This document shows, piece after piece, positions 8,867-18,925 of a stretch of 64,000 bases of DNA (positions are counted from its first letter, which is position 1; each line of letters begins with the position of its first letter). The translations under genes and the position numbers were made by a program. The stretch is from an uncultured Chloroflexia bacterium (GTDB lineage: Bacteria > Chloroflexota > Limnocylindria > Limnocylindrales > CSP1-4), in the NCBI GenBank assembly GCA_963766735.1, contig CAVYBU010000017.1, positions 64,001-128,000 of the forward strand, read 5' to 3'. The notes beneath the pieces are model-generated. The model did no database searches, had not been told where the DNA came from, and was given only the letters and a program-made list of their open reading frames with translations.

Positions 8867-10603
8867 TCAGTCAAGGGCGGGCTCGACGCCCGGGATGACC
8901 TCATCGGCGATCTCGTCGTACGCTTCCGCGCCCAGGGCCGCCTCGGCGCCTACCGCGCCCGACGCGGCCTTGGCGCCGACCGCCCCGCGGAGCGGGATCT
9001 CGCGCATCGCAAGGGACACGACCAGGGCGAGCAGCGTGGTCCCGGCGCCGATGAGGAACACCTCGCCGATGGCGATGCTGAACGCCTGGTGGATGCCGTT
9101 CACGATGTCGTTGATGAAGGGTGCGACCGCGGTGCGGATGGGCTCCGGGATCGTGGCCAGGATCGTCTCGCCGAGCGGCCTGCCCACCTCCACGAGGCTC
9201 GTCGCCTGGCCGCCCCCCAGGCTCTTGAGCGCCTCCGCGGGCACACCGGCCGCAACCAGCTTCGGTGCGAGCGGTGCCAGCTGCACCGAGACCTCGCTCG
9301 TGAGCCGGGTGCCGAACACCGTGCCGAGCATGGCCAGGCCCACCACGCCGCCCATCTGGCGGAAGAAGGTGAGGTTCGAGGTGGCCACGCCCAGCGCCCG
9401 CACCGGGACGGCGTTCTGGACGACGATCGTGAACACCGCCAACGTGGGCCCGATGCCCACGCCGGTGATGAACATCCAGGCCCACAGCACCGGCAGCGGG
9501 GTGTCGGCCTGGAGGTGCGACATCAGGAACAGGCCGACGCCCATGATCCCGAGGCCGCCCACGATCAGTGCCTTGTACCTGCCTGTCCGGGCGACGATCT
9601 GACCCGAGCCGATGGAGCTGATGATCAGGCCGGCGAGCAGGGCCAACGAGTACAGGCCCGACATCGTGGGCGTGGCGCCGTAGACGAACTGGAACCATTG
9701 CGGCAGGAACACGGCGGCCCCGAAGAAGCCGAAGCTGATCAGGAAGGTCGCGATGATCGAGGTCGCGTACGTGCGGTCCTTCCAGAGGTCCAGCGGGACG
9801 ATCGGCTCCTTGGCACGCGACTCGATGAACACGAACACCGCGCCCAGCGCCAGGCCGATGAGGATGAGTCCGCCAACCTCGAACACCGCCCAGTCCGCGG
9901 TCTGCTTGTTGGTGAGACCGATCAGCAGGGCTCCCACTGCGACGGCGAACACCCCGCCGCCCAGGAAGTCGAGGTTGTGAGTGACGCCCGGCCGGCGCAC
10001 GTTCGGGAGCAGACGCCCGATGACTGCGAGCGTCACGAGGCCGATCGGGATGTTGATGAAGAAGATCCAGTGCCACGAGAGCTGCTCGGTCACGAACCCC
10101 CCGAGCAGCGGCCCGAGGATCGCGCTGATGCCGAACACTGCCCCGAACAGGCCCTGGTACTTGCCGCGCTCAGCCGGGGTGAACAGGTCCCCGATGACCG
10201 CGAGGCTGATCGGGAACAGGGCGCCGGCACCCAGGCCCTGGATGCCCCGGAAGATGATCAGCTGGTTCATGTCCTGGCTCAGGCCGGACAGCGCGGAGCC
10301 GATCAGGAACACGGTGATGCCGAAGATCAGCAGCGGCTTGCGCCCGTACAGGTCCGACAGCTTGCCGTAGAACGGCACCGTGATCGTCGAGGTCAGCAGG
10401 TAGATCGTGATCGTCCAGGTCAGCAGCGTCTGGCCGCCGAGATCGGTCACGATGGTGGGCAGGGCGACGCCGACGATCGTCTGGTCGAGGGCGCCGAGGA
10501 ACAGGCCCAGGAGGATCGCGAAGAGGATCTCCATCTTCGCGCGGTGGGAGAGGTCCAGGGCTCCGAAGCCGTGGGACGGCCCGGCTTCCTGCTCCAGCGT
10601 CAT
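8867..10603 (-). CDS. DHA2 (EmrB/QacA-like) MFS efflux transporter
   Basis: LDQTIV..ALP, GKLSDLYGRK, about 14 hydrophobic segments. Confidence 0.93.
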   Translation of the reverse strand: MTLEQEAGPSHGFGALDLSHRAKMEILFAILLGLFLGALDQTIVGVALPTIVTDLGGQTLLTWTITIYLLTSTITVPFYGKLSDLYGRKPLLIFGITVFLIGSALSGLSQDMNQLIIFRGIQGLGAGALFPISLAVIGDLFTPAERGKYQGLFGAVFGISAILGPLLGGFVTEQLSWHWIFFINIPIGLVTLAVIGRLLPNVRRPGVTHNLDFLGGGVFAVAVGALLIGLTNKQTADWAVFEVGGLILIGLALGAVFVFIESRAKEPIVPLDLWKDRTYATSIIATFLISFGFFGAAVFLPQWFQFVYGATPTMSGLYSLALLAGLIISSIGSGQIVARTGRYKALIVGGLGIMGVGLFLMSHLQADTPLPVLWAWMFITGVGIGPTLAVFTIVVQNAVPVRALGVATSNLTFFRQMGGVVGLAMLGTVFGTRLTSEVSVQLAPLAPKLVAAGVPAEALKSLGGGQATSLVEVGRPLGETILATIPEPIRTAVAPFINDIVNGIHQAFSIAIGEVFLIGAGTTLLALVVSLAMREIPLRGAVGAKAASGAVGAEAALGAEAYDEIADEVIPGVEPALD

Positions 10604-10628
10604 GGGTTCCAAAGAGGGGTTCCTTTCG

Positions 10629-11219
10629 TCAGGCGCCGGCAGTGCCGGTGATCGGGGACGTGTCGGCGCCGTCCTGGGCGGGCATCCTGCGGCCGGACTG
10701 ACCGTGAGGGTGGGTGCACTGGGCAAGGGAGGCGTAGCGATCGGGGGCTTCTGCCAGCTCGGCGGTGATCGCCGCCTGGAGATCCCCGGCGGCGGCTGCC
10801 ATGCGGTCGAGCTCGTCGGGCGCCAGGCGGCCGAGAGCCGAGGCGAGGATGTCGCTCTTCACCAGCTCTGCCTCGTCCACGAGGTCCAGGCCCGCCGGCG
10901 TCGGACGGACGAGGACGAGGCGGCGGTCGTCGGGGACGCGGACCCGCTCCACGAGACCGCGCTCCTCCATCCTGTCGATGATCCCTGTCGCGCTCGAAAC
11001 GGAGGCGTCAAGGATCTCGGCCAGGTGGCCCATGGGCATGGCGTCGTGATGGCGGAGCAGCGTCAGCACGTGGAAATGGGTCATGCTGATGCCGAGCCGC
11101 ACCAGTCGCTGGGATCCGGCGCACCGCAGGGAACCGACGGCTCGGCCGAGATTGGCAACGACCCGCTCGGCGGCCTCCCGTTGGAGTGCCTCCCCGGTCG
11201 TGGGTATAGTGGTTCGCAT
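10629..11219 (-). CDS. MarR family transcriptional regulator
   Basis: wHTH with IIDRMEERGLVER...DDRR; directly upstream of the MFS gene. Confidence 0.9.
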   Translation of the reverse strand: MRTTIPTTGEALQREAAERVVANLGRAVGSLRCAGSQRLVRLGISMTHFHVLTLLRHHDAMPMGHLAEILDASVSSATGIIDRMEERGLVERVRVPDDRRLVLVRPTPAGLDLVDEAELVKSDILASALGRLAPDELDRMAAAAGDLQAAITAELAEAPDRYASLAQCTHPHGQSGRRMPAQDGADTSPITGTAGA

Positions 11220-11228
11220 GAAGTGAAG

Positions 11229-11267
11229 TATTTACGCCATACGAATAGTTCTGTCAACTGGAACCAT
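11229..11267 (-). promoter_or_regulatory. marR promoter with overlapping imperfect palindrome (probable MarR operator)
   Basis: Minus-strand TTGACA (11257-11252), 17 nt, TAAATA (11234-11229); ATAGTTC-N9-GAACCAT overlaps the -35; AT-rich patch between divergent genes. Confidence 0.55.
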
Positions 11268-11289
11268 TCACACAACATGGAGGATCCGC

Positions 11290-12252
11290 GTGCGTTTCGC
11301 CCTGATGATCGAGCCCCAGCAGGGCCTCACCTACGAGGACCAGCTCGCCATCGCGCTGCGAGCCGAGGCGGCCGGCTTCGAGACCCTGTTCCGCTCCGAC
11401 CATTACGAGAGCTTCCCGGGCGCGTCAGGCGGACACACGACCGATGCCTGGGCCGTGCTGGCTGGGCTGGCCCGGGACACCGCGAGGATCGGCCTGGGGG
11501 TCCTGGTGTCGCCGGTCGCGTTCCGGACTCCGGGGAACCTGGCCAAGGTGGTAGTGACGGTCGACGAGATGAGCGGCGGCCGCGTGGAGGTTGGCCTTGG
11601 GGCCGGCTGGCACGAGGACGAGCACCGTCGCCACGGGTTCCCGTTCCCGGAGATCGGGGAGCGGGCCGAGCGCCTCGAGGAGACGCTCGAGATCCTGCAT
11701 GGCCTCTGGGACGAGCCCGACGGGTGGTCCTTCGCGGGCCGGCACTACGCCGTTGAGGACGCCGTCTTCCGGCCGAAGCCGGGTTCGTTGCCCGGACGGG
11801 ATGGGCGACGGCCGAACATCCTGGTGGGCGGCCAGGGAACGCCGCGCTCGTTCCGGATCGCCGCTCGCCATGCGGACGAGTTCAACCTCTCATCGACCAG
11901 TCCCGAGGATGCGGTCGCGAAGTTCGCCCAGCTTGACGATGTCCTGCGAGCAGTCGGGCGGGACCCTGCCACGCTGACCCGCTCGGTCATGGCCGGGGTC
12001 CTGGTCGGGCGCGACGCCGCGGAGGTCACGCGACGCCAGGGCGAGCTGATGATGGCCCTGGGCGCTGCCGACGGGGAATCCGAGGCCTGGTTCGAGACGC
12101 GCCGGCCGCGCTGGGTGCTGGGCACGCCAGATCAGGCCCGCGACGTGGTCCGGCGTTTCGCCGACATCGGCGTGGAACGCATCATGCTGCAGGACTTCCT
12201 GCCGAGGGACCTCGACATGATCGATCTTGCCGCGGAGGCGCTGTTCGGCTGA
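11290..12252 (+). CDS. LLM-class probable F420-dependent oxidoreductase
   Basis: EPQQG, FRSDH, DEMSGGRVEVGLGAGW; GGAGG RBS. Confidence 0.9.
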   Translation: MRFALMIEPQQGLTYEDQLAIALRAEAAGFETLFRSDHYESFPGASGGHTTDAWAVLAGLARDTARIGLGVLVSPVAFRTPGNLAKVVVTVDEMSGGRVEVGLGAGWHEDEHRRHGFPFPEIGERAERLEETLEILHGLWDEPDGWSFAGRHYAVEDAVFRPKPGSLPGRDGRRPNILVGGQGTPRSFRIAARHADEFNLSSTSPEDAVAKFAQLDDVLRAVGRDPATLTRSVMAGVLVGRDAAEVTRRQGELMMALGAADGESEAWFETRRPRWVLGTPDQARDVVRRFADIGVERIMLQDFLPRDLDMIDLAAEALFG

Positions 12253-12324
12253 CGGATCGGAGGAAGCCGGCCGCGTCCTCAGGTGTCCCGCTCAGGCATC
12301 CGGCGCGCGCGCCACGTGTCCGGC

Positions 12325-13563
12325 TCAGGCGTCCGGCGCGTCCGCCACGTCGGCTGCCCGGAGATAGACGGGGTCATCGCGCCGGATCGGATCGGGGTTT
12401 GTGCCGCGGGCGGCAGACACCTCGAGCGTGACCAGCTGGAGGGGTCCCGCGCCGCCCAGCAGGGCCGCCGCTGCATTGCTCATCGCCGGCGACTCAGGCA
12501 CCACGATCCGTCCGCCTGGCGTCAGTTCGCCGGGGATGAGCGCGGCGGCCGCCTCGCCGAGGAACGCCGCGGGGCGCATGCCCGTGACGGCCGCAGCAGC
12601 GAGGGCCTGTCGGGCACGTGATGCGCGCGCCTCGAGGCCCTCGCGCTCCAGGAGCACGAGGACGAGCGCGGTCTCGGCTCCGGTGGCAGGCAGGTGTCCG
12701 TGCAGGAAGGTCTCCAGGTCACGTGCCGCGGATGGCACCCACGCCGCTTCCTCGACCTTGAGGACGAGCTCGCGGGCCGTGATCCGGTCCGAGCCCGACG
12801 CGACCACGAGGAGCTGCCGGGATGCCGCGATGCCTGCTCCGATGGCCGCGTCCGGGCGGCTGCCTCCCGGATCGGCTGCGTGGGCCGCCTCGATCCCGTC
12901 GGCCAGGCGCGCCGCATACGCCTCGGGCTCCGGCGTCTGGCCGGCCAGGAGGTCGGCCGTGACGGCGGCGGCGACCATCGGCGAGACGTAGCCCACCGTG
13001 TGGCACCAGCTGCGGTCCATCTCGACCGTGGCAAGGACGATGTCCGCGGTGCTCGTGACCGGGGAGCCGGCGCTGGCAGTGATCGTCGCCGTGCGGACCC
13101 CGAGGGCCCGCGACGCGTTCAGCGCGGCGATCGTGGCGGCCGTGCCGCCCTCGTGGCTGCAGCCGATGACGAGTCCCTCGGCCGGCGGGTCGAGGGACAC
13201 CTCGAACGCCTGACCGGTCACGGGACCCCAGCCGGGCAGCCCGGCCCGACGCCAGCCATCGCGGAGGATCGCGGCAGCGCCCAGGGCGGCGTGCTCGGAG
13301 GTGCCGCAGCCCGTGGTCAGAACCGGGCCGCCTCCCACGGTCGTGTGGCGAACCGCGGCCGCAAGCGCGTGGGCGGACCCGTCGGCCACGAGCCGCCGGG
13401 CGATTCGGGCGGCCAGCGCGGGTTGGGCGGCGATCATCTCGGCCATCGCCCACGGCGGGCCGTCCCGTCGGGCGGGCATCGGGAGGTAGTCCCAGGGTTC
13501 GGGAGCGCCGGTCAGGGTGGCGTTGGCGTCGAATGAGCCGAGCGCGGCACGCAGATCGTCCAT
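12325..13563 (-). CDS. Double SIS-domain sugar-phosphate isomerase/deglycase-like protein
   Basis: GCGTS.HAA, SHEGGT, DRSWCHT.GY, E..LKVEE, ETFLHGH, NPD. Confidence 0.8.
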   Translation of the reverse strand: MDDLRAALGSFDANATLTGAPEPWDYLPMPARRDGPPWAMAEMIAAQPALAARIARRLVADGSAHALAAAVRHTTVGGGPVLTTGCGTSEHAALGAAAILRDGWRRAGLPGWGPVTGQAFEVSLDPPAEGLVIGCSHEGGTAATIAALNASRALGVRTATITASAGSPVTSTADIVLATVEMDRSWCHTVGYVSPMVAAAVTADLLAGQTPEPEAYAARLADGIEAAHAADPGGSRPDAAIGAGIAASRQLLVVASGSDRITARELVLKVEEAAWVPSAARDLETFLHGHLPATGAETALVLVLLEREGLEARASRARQALAAAAVTGMRPAAFLGEAAAALIPGELTPGGRIVVPESPAMSNAAAALLGGAGPLQLVTLEVSAARGTNPDPIRRDDPVYLRAADVADAPDA

Positions 13564-13693
13564 CCGCTGATGCTAGACGGATTGCCGTCCGAACGGGCGG
13601 GTCGTCTCCCCGAGCAGGACGGGCCTGCTCCATCGGGACCCCAGACGTGCTGATCCCGTCGGACCGATCCCGATCGCGCCGAACGCCGGACGC

Positions 13694-14149
13694 TCAGGGC
13701 TTCGCGGTCGGCAGCCGTCCCATCGTGCGAGCAGGCCAGTACCGGAACCAGGCCCGTCCCACCAGCGCCCCCACCGGGACGGGTCCGTACCGCCGCGAGT
13801 CCACCGCCGGCCCCGATCCCGTCGCCAGGAGTGAACTGTCGGAGGCATCGGAGACCAGCCACGCCTCGTCCCCGGCCATCTGCAGGCGCCCGTCGGCGAA
13901 GGAGATCCAATCCCCGGGCCGGGCTGCCACTCGCTTGATCGCAAGCACGCCGGAGCCTGGCTCCCGGAATACCACCACGGACCCGCGCCGGGGCCACCGA
14001 CCGACCGTGGGATCGACCAGCAGCCAGTCGCCGGGCTCGATCGCCGGTCGCATCGAACCCTCTGCCACGGCAACGCGCCACGGTCCCGCCAGGCGTCGGC
14101 GCAGCCCGTCCCGGCGCGCGACACCCGGGACGCGACGAGGCCCCGTCAC
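13694..14149 (-). CDS. sodX: Ni-SOD maturation protease (S26 family)
   Basis: GSMRPAI.PGD, IKRV, DSRRYGPV; immediately downstream of sodN. Confidence 0.85.
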   Translation of the reverse strand: MTGPRRVPGVARRDGLRRRLAGPWRVAVAEGSMRPAIEPGDWLLVDPTVGRWPRRGSVVVFREPGSGVLAIKRVAARPGDWISFADGRLQMAGDEAWLVSDASDSSLLATGSGPAVDSRRYGPVPVGALVGRAWFRYWPARTMGRLPTAKP

Positions 14150-14188
14150 CGACGGGGCCTCGAACGGGACATCAACGTGAGAGCGGGA

Positions 14189-14620
14189 TCAGCTGGGGCG
14201 GCCGGCGACGCGCGTCTTGGCGAGCCCGCCGGTGGCCTTCCAGGCCGCGTCCACCTCGTCGATGAGATCGAGCAGCTTCTGCGCGTCGTCAAGGTTGGTG
14301 GAGGCCTTCACGGTGGAGACCTGCTTGGTCGCGCTCCAGAAGAGCTCGTGCAGGTTCGGGACCGTCTCGAGGTGCTCGGGCTTGAAGTAGTCGTGCCAGA
14401 GCGTGTCCAGGTGGTGCTTGACCAGGTCCGCCTGCTTCTCCTTGATCGCGATCGCGCGGGTGCGGAACGCCGGATCCTCGCTGGCAACGTATCGCTGGAT
14501 GATCCGGTAGCAGGACTCGGCCTCGATTCGGGCCTGCTCGGGGTCGTAGACGCCGCAGGGCAGGTCGCAATGGGCGTGGGCGACGACCTTTGGGGCGAGG
14601 AGACGGGTGAGCGCGGACAT
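14189..14620 (-). CDS. sodN: Nickel superoxide dismutase precursor
   Basis: Ni-hook HCDLPCGVYDP after a short propeptide; LW.DYFK; GGAGG RBS. Confidence 0.97.
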   Translation of the reverse strand: MSALTRLLAPKVVAHAHCDLPCGVYDPEQARIEAESCYRIIQRYVASEDPAFRTRAIAIKEKQADLVKHHLDTLWHDYFKPEHLETVPNLHELFWSATKQVSTVKASTNLDDAQKLLDLIDEVDAAWKATGGLAKTRVAGRPS

Positions 14621-14690
14621 GAGCGACCTCCGGGGGGTGGGGCGGGTGCGGGTTGTCGCGGGTGGGGACCAACCGAGCGCCCTGCCCGCA

Positions 14691-14719
14691 AGTGTCCCGT
14701 CGCTGCCCGAGGCTGTCAA
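14691..14719 (-). promoter_or_regulatory. Putative sigma70-type promoter of sodN
   Basis: Minus-strand TTGACA (14719-14714), N17, GACACT (14696-14691). Confidence 0.5.
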
Positions 14720-14809
14720 ACGTGGCGGTCCCGCGGAGACTGGACGCCGCCGGCAGCGGTCGCCGGCAGCGACCTGCAAGGGGTTGTGCCGGACCCCTAC
14801 CATCGACCG

Positions 14810-15358
14810 ATGAGCCCACACGCGATCGAGATCGAGCGCAAGTTCCGGCTTCGCGTCGCGCCGGCTCCCGCGATGCTTGCCGCAAGCGACGCGGTGGCGC
14901 TGAGGATCCGGCAGGTCTACATCGGGAATGGCCGGAACGCCGAGCGGCTCCGCCGGGTCGAGACCGCCGACGGGGTGGTGACCTTCCGGCTGACCCGCAA
15001 GCGACGCATCGGCGCCTATGCGTTCGAGGAGCAGGAAGAGGCGATCGACGAGGCGGCCTGGCTGGCCGGGCTGGAGCGGGCGGACCCGTCCCGGCGCCCG
15101 ATCCACAAGACGCGACACGTCGTGCCGCACGGCGAGCAGCAGCTGGAGATCGACGTGTTCGACGAACCCGCGGATCTGGTGGTGGTCGAGGTGGAGCTGC
15201 AGCACGAGGACGAGCCCGTGGAGCTGCCGGCCTGGCTGGGTGAGTGGGCCGAGGTCACCGGCGACGAGCGCTACTTCAACGCGGTGATCGCGCGGCTCGA
15301 CGGGGAGGTTCCGGCGTGGGAAACCGCGGGGCCCGGTGCCCGCACCGGGACCGGGTGA
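14810..15358 (+). CDS. CYTH domain protein (triphosphate tunnel metalloenzyme)
   Basis: EIERKF, I.KTR, EIDVF, EVEL, EVTGD.RY.N. Confidence 0.9.
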   Translation: MSPHAIEIERKFRLRVAPAPAMLAASDAVALRIRQVYIGNGRNAERLRRVETADGVVTFRLTRKRRIGAYAFEEQEEAIDEAAWLAGLERADPSRRPIHKTRHVVPHGEQQLEIDVFDEPADLVVVEVELQHEDEPVELPAWLGEWAEVTGDERYFNAVIARLDGEVPAWETAGPGARTGTG

Positions 15359-15404
15359 TGGGCCGGCACGTGCCGTCGCCCTTCGGCCGGGTATTATCCC
15401 GCCG

Positions 15405-16634
15405 ATGACCGACCGAGGGCTCCCGATCGTCAACGGCGCCCCCGCGTGCCCCTTCGTGGCGTTCGAGGACGACCGCGACGGGCGCGCGCTGGCTCCCGAT
15501 CACCGGCACCGCTGCTTCGCGGAGTCGAAGCCTGCTCCGCGTGCCCTCGCCCACCAGGAGGCGTACTGCCTCGCCTCCGCATTCCCGGTGTGTCCCACGT
15601 TCCAGGACTGGGCCCGCCGAGAGGCCGCCGCCGCGCGCCCCGGTTCCGCGGACATCAATTCGCACCGCGAGGACATTCCGGCCGTCACGCCGGTGAGCAC
15701 GCCACTGCCGCCCCGGGACCGGGAGCCGCGCAGCTCACCGGGCACCGAGACCCCGCCGCCGCTGCCGCCCCGCCGCAATCCGCAACGGGACTGGGCCGCG
15801 CCGCCTCCCTGGTCCGCCGACGAGCCCGAACGCGACCCGGGTGCAGATCCGTCCCGCTACGCCCCGCCCCCGGCTGTCCCAGCAGCAGCTGCCGGTGCGG
15901 CGGCCTGGGGCGCCGATTCGCGCGGCCTCGCGGGCAGCGCGGCCGATCGCCTGGCCGGCCCGGATCCGGACCAGCCCACGGCCCCCGGGCAATCCGGCTA
16001 CGCCCCGCTGCCTCCGGATGATCTGGGCGACGCCCCAGGGATCGCGGACGTGCATCTCGACCAGGATCCCGGCGAGACTGGCACGCCGCGGCGGGCCGGC
16101 CGGCGGGCCCCTGCTCCCGGCCGCCTCGACCAGGTGAGCCGCCCACCGGCACAGGACCCCTCCGAGATGTTCGGGCCGGCATGGGAGAAGCCCCAGCGCT
16201 ACGAGGCCTACCCGAGCCTGCGCACCCGGGTCGGGCTGCCGAGCTTCGGCGGCGGGATCTCGCGCCTGGGCGTTGCCGTGCTGGCGCTCGTGTTCGCCGC
16301 CGTTGCCCTCTTCTTCGTTGGCCCGATGCTCCTGGGGATCGGCAACGATGGCGGCGGAGGAGCCGCGGCCACGCCCAGGCCGACCGCCGCGGCGGCGACA
16401 CCGAGTGCGGCCCCGACGCTGGCACCCGCGCCCACGCCGCAGGTCTACGTGGTGGCCAAGGGCGACACGATGTCCAGGATCGCCAAGAAGTTCGGCGTGA
16501 CGGTCGAGGAGCTCACGGCTGCCAACCCGCAGGTCAAGAACCCGAACAAGATCAAGATCGGCGACGAGCTGACGATCCCGGTCCCCACGTCGGATGGCGT
16601 GCCTGACGCCGGCGAGGAGTCCGCCGAGCCCTGA
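15405..16634 (+). CDS. Membrane protein: N-terminal Cys/His cluster, Pro-rich linker, TM helix, C-terminal LysM
   Basis: CPF...HRC...HQEAYCL...CP; one TM; YVVAKGDTMSRIAKKFGVTVEEL..AN...NPNKIKIG..L.IP. Confidence 0.85.
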   Translation: MTDRGLPIVNGAPACPFVAFEDDRDGRALAPDHRHRCFAESKPAPRALAHQEAYCLASAFPVCPTFQDWARREAAAARPGSADINSHREDIPAVTPVSTPLPPRDREPRSSPGTETPPPLPPRRNPQRDWAAPPPWSADEPERDPGADPSRYAPPPAVPAAAAGAAAWGADSRGLAGSAADRLAGPDPDQPTAPGQSGYAPLPPDDLGDAPGIADVHLDQDPGETGTPRRAGRRAPAPGRLDQVSRPPAQDPSEMFGPAWEKPQRYEAYPSLRTRVGLPSFGGGISRLGVAVLALVFAAVALFFVGPMLLGIGNDGGGGAAATPRPTAAAATPSAAPTLAPAPTPQVYVVAKGDTMSRIAKKFGVTVEELTAANPQVKNPNKIKIGDELTIPVPTSDGVPDAGEESAEP

Positions 16635-16676
16635 CCGTGGGGGTTCGGGCGGGGGCTCCGACGCGGGATCGGAGCG

Positions 16677-17012
16677 CTATCGGGAGTAGGGCGTCAGGTT
16701 GATCGAGGTGATCTTGCCGGCCTCGACGCGGAACTGGGCGTCGAGATGCTGGCTGGGCGCCCCGGGGCGGATCACGATGAGGTCGGCCTCGTAGGTGTTG
16801 CCCATGTCCCGCCCGTCGCCCGGGACCATCTTGAGGCCCTTGTCGGCCCGCAGGAACCAGCCGCCCACCCGCTCCACGCCGCGGAGCAGCTGGGCGTTGT
16901 CGCCGACGTGGACGCGCATCTCCACGCGCTCGTCCATCAGCGCCACGGCGCCGGCGACGTCGCCCTCATTGAGGCGCTCGAAGAAGATCTCCATGGTGTC
17001 GGTGGCTCCCAT
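16677..17012 (-). CDS. SnoaL/NTF2-like small protein
   Basis: FFERLNEGDVAGAVALM; C-terminal FRVEAGKI. Confidence 0.7.
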   Translation of the reverse strand: MGATDTMEIFFERLNEGDVAGAVALMDERVEMRVHVGDNAQLLRGVERVGGWFLRADKGLKMVPGDGRDMGNTYEADLIVIRPGAPSQHLDAQFRVEAGKITSINLTPYSR

Positions 17013-17120
17013 GGCCCGGAGTGTACCGTGGCCGGCTCGGTCGCCGCCGGAGGCCTGCCTGGACGCCGCCGAAGACCCGTTTCGGTCGCCGCCGGAGGCC
17101 GGGAAGCCGCCGCCGGAGGC

Positions 17121-18884
17121 CTAGAAGCCGCCGCCCGAACCTCCACCACCGCCGCCTGAGCTCCCGCCGGAGAACCCGCCGCCGCCCGATCCCGAACCGG
17201 AGCCCGACGAAGCCGGCGAGTTCCCGATCGTGCCCAGCGCGGCCATCATCCCGCCGAAGTTCGGGATCGGCGAGCTGCCCATCAGGCCGGGCGCCCAGCC
17301 CCCGCCCCTGCCAACCGCGTCGGAGCCGGAACCGCCCGCCTGGTACCACGTTGGCATGTAGTAGCCGGATCCTCCCGCCTGCATGTCCTCCGCGGATCGC
17401 GCCAGCACGCGCTCGACCTCGTCCTGGAGACCGAGGGCCACGCCCCATGCCACCGCATCGTCGGGGCTCTCGATCAGGGGGATCGCAGACTCGGCGACGA
17501 CCTGTCCCATCGACCGGGCCTGGGCCATGGTCTTCTCCAGCGTCCGCCGGTAGGCCTCGAGCATCGCCCGGATGACTGCGCCGGCCTGGGTGCGCGTTGG
17601 CATGGCGACCGAGATCGCGAGCACGGCGATCCCCGAACCAACGAGCGACACGCCGAGCAGCAGGGCACCACTTGACGGCAGGTTGGCGCCGAGGATGAAG
17701 GTCGCGACCCCGGCAAACAGGGCCAGCCCGCCGCGACGCGCCCAGCGCATGGTGGAGAGCGACGGCCGCTCCCGGTACCACCCCTGCTGGACCAGGTGGG
17801 CCTCCAGGAGGCTGTTGAACTTGGGCACCGACGCGCCGAGCTCCGTGATCCGATCGGGCTCGATGTACGTCGCCCCGCCCCCCAGCGCGGTCAGACGGCT
17901 TCGCAGGTACGTCGTCGCGGGGTCCATCGGCCGCCGTCGCGCGCGCAGCATCCGTGCCTGCTCCGCCTCGTTGCGCGAGACGATCTCTCCGGTGAGGATG
18001 CCGATCTCCGGCCTGCTCCCGAACACGCTGGCCTGCTCCGTGCGGAAGCCCGCCAACCCGCGCACCGCGAGGTCCAGGCTTGCAGCGGTGAGGGACCGGC
18101 GTCCCACGCCGCCCTCGCGGACCGCGGCGGCCGCGGCCGGCGTCAGGCCGGGGGGCGGGGCCGGCATCAGGATCGAGGGGTCGTCCAGGTAGACCGGGTC
18201 GCGGCCCTCGCGGTACCAGCGGAGCAGCGACCAGCCCACGATCAGCAGGACGACCAGCGGCGCGACGACCAGGCCGATGATGGCGTTCGCCTGGCGCGCC
18301 GTTTCCAGTGCGCGCGCGTGCTCCGGTGAGGCGGCGTCGTCGACCTTGTCCATGGCCGCCAGCAGCGCGCCATCCAGGTCGCAGTCCCGCAGGTGCGGGA
18401 GCATGTCGTCCTCGAAGATTGCCTGCCGTTCCTCGTTGCTGAGGAACGTGGCACGGAAGCCCGGACCGGCGTAGAGCTGGACCTGCCCGTGGCACGGGTC
18501 GTTCTCGTGGAGGTCGAACAGGATGACCAGTCCGTCGTCGATGCCCTCGCGGCCGACGCCCCACTGGTCCATGAGGGCGATGGCGTCCGCCTCCGCCTCA
18601 GACTCGGTGACGCCGTTGGGCACGAGCTGGGTGTAGACGACAACTTCGGCGCCGGTCCGGTTCTCGATGGCATCGATCGTCGCTTCGACGCGTTCCTTGA
18701 CCGTGGCCGAGAGGACCTCCGCCGTGTCGTAGACAGCCTGATTGGTGACGGGAGACGGGAACGGCGGGCCCGCGGCGAGGATGCCGGGGACGAACGCGAG
18801 GGTGGCGATCGCCAGCGCGGCGGCGGCCGAGAGCGCGCGTTGGACGCGAGGAAACATCAACGGAGCCGGCCGCGCGTGCTGCAC
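17121..18884 (-). CDS. TPM-domain / DUF2207-like membrane protein with Gly-rich tail
   Basis: VYDTAEVLS, WGVGREGIDDGLVIL (TPM); PPPGLTPA, DLAVRG (DUF2207-like); GGGFSGGSSGGGGGGSGGGF end. Confidence 0.85.
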   Translation of the reverse strand: MQHARPAPLMFPRVQRALSAAAALAIATLAFVPGILAAGPPFPSPVTNQAVYDTAEVLSATVKERVEATIDAIENRTGAEVVVYTQLVPNGVTESEAEADAIALMDQWGVGREGIDDGLVILFDLHENDPCHGQVQLYAGPGFRATFLSNEERQAIFEDDMLPHLRDCDLDGALLAAMDKVDDAASPEHARALETARQANAIIGLVVAPLVVLLIVGWSLLRWYREGRDPVYLDDPSILMPAPPPGLTPAAAAAVREGGVGRRSLTAASLDLAVRGLAGFRTEQASVFGSRPEIGILTGEIVSRNEAEQARMLRARRRPMDPATTYLRSRLTALGGGATYIEPDRITELGASVPKFNSLLEAHLVQQGWYRERPSLSTMRWARRGGLALFAGVATFILGANLPSSGALLLGVSLVGSGIAVLAISVAMPTRTQAGAVIRAMLEAYRRTLEKTMAQARSMGQVVAESAIPLIESPDDAVAWGVALGLQDEVERVLARSAEDMQAGGSGYYMPTWYQAGGSGSDAVGRGGGWAPGLMGSSPIPNFGGMMAALGTIGNSPASSGSGSGSGGGGFSGGSSGGGGGGSGGGF

Positions 18885-18925
18885 GGTTCAACGATACGCG
18901 ACCGGGTGTCCCCTCGGACGGTGGT

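Noticed and set aside
14810-15358. CYTH protein as adenylate cyclase partnering the c-di-AMP receptor
   Set aside because: Most CYTH proteins are triphosphatases, and c-di-AMP is made by DAC domains, none of which is seen here
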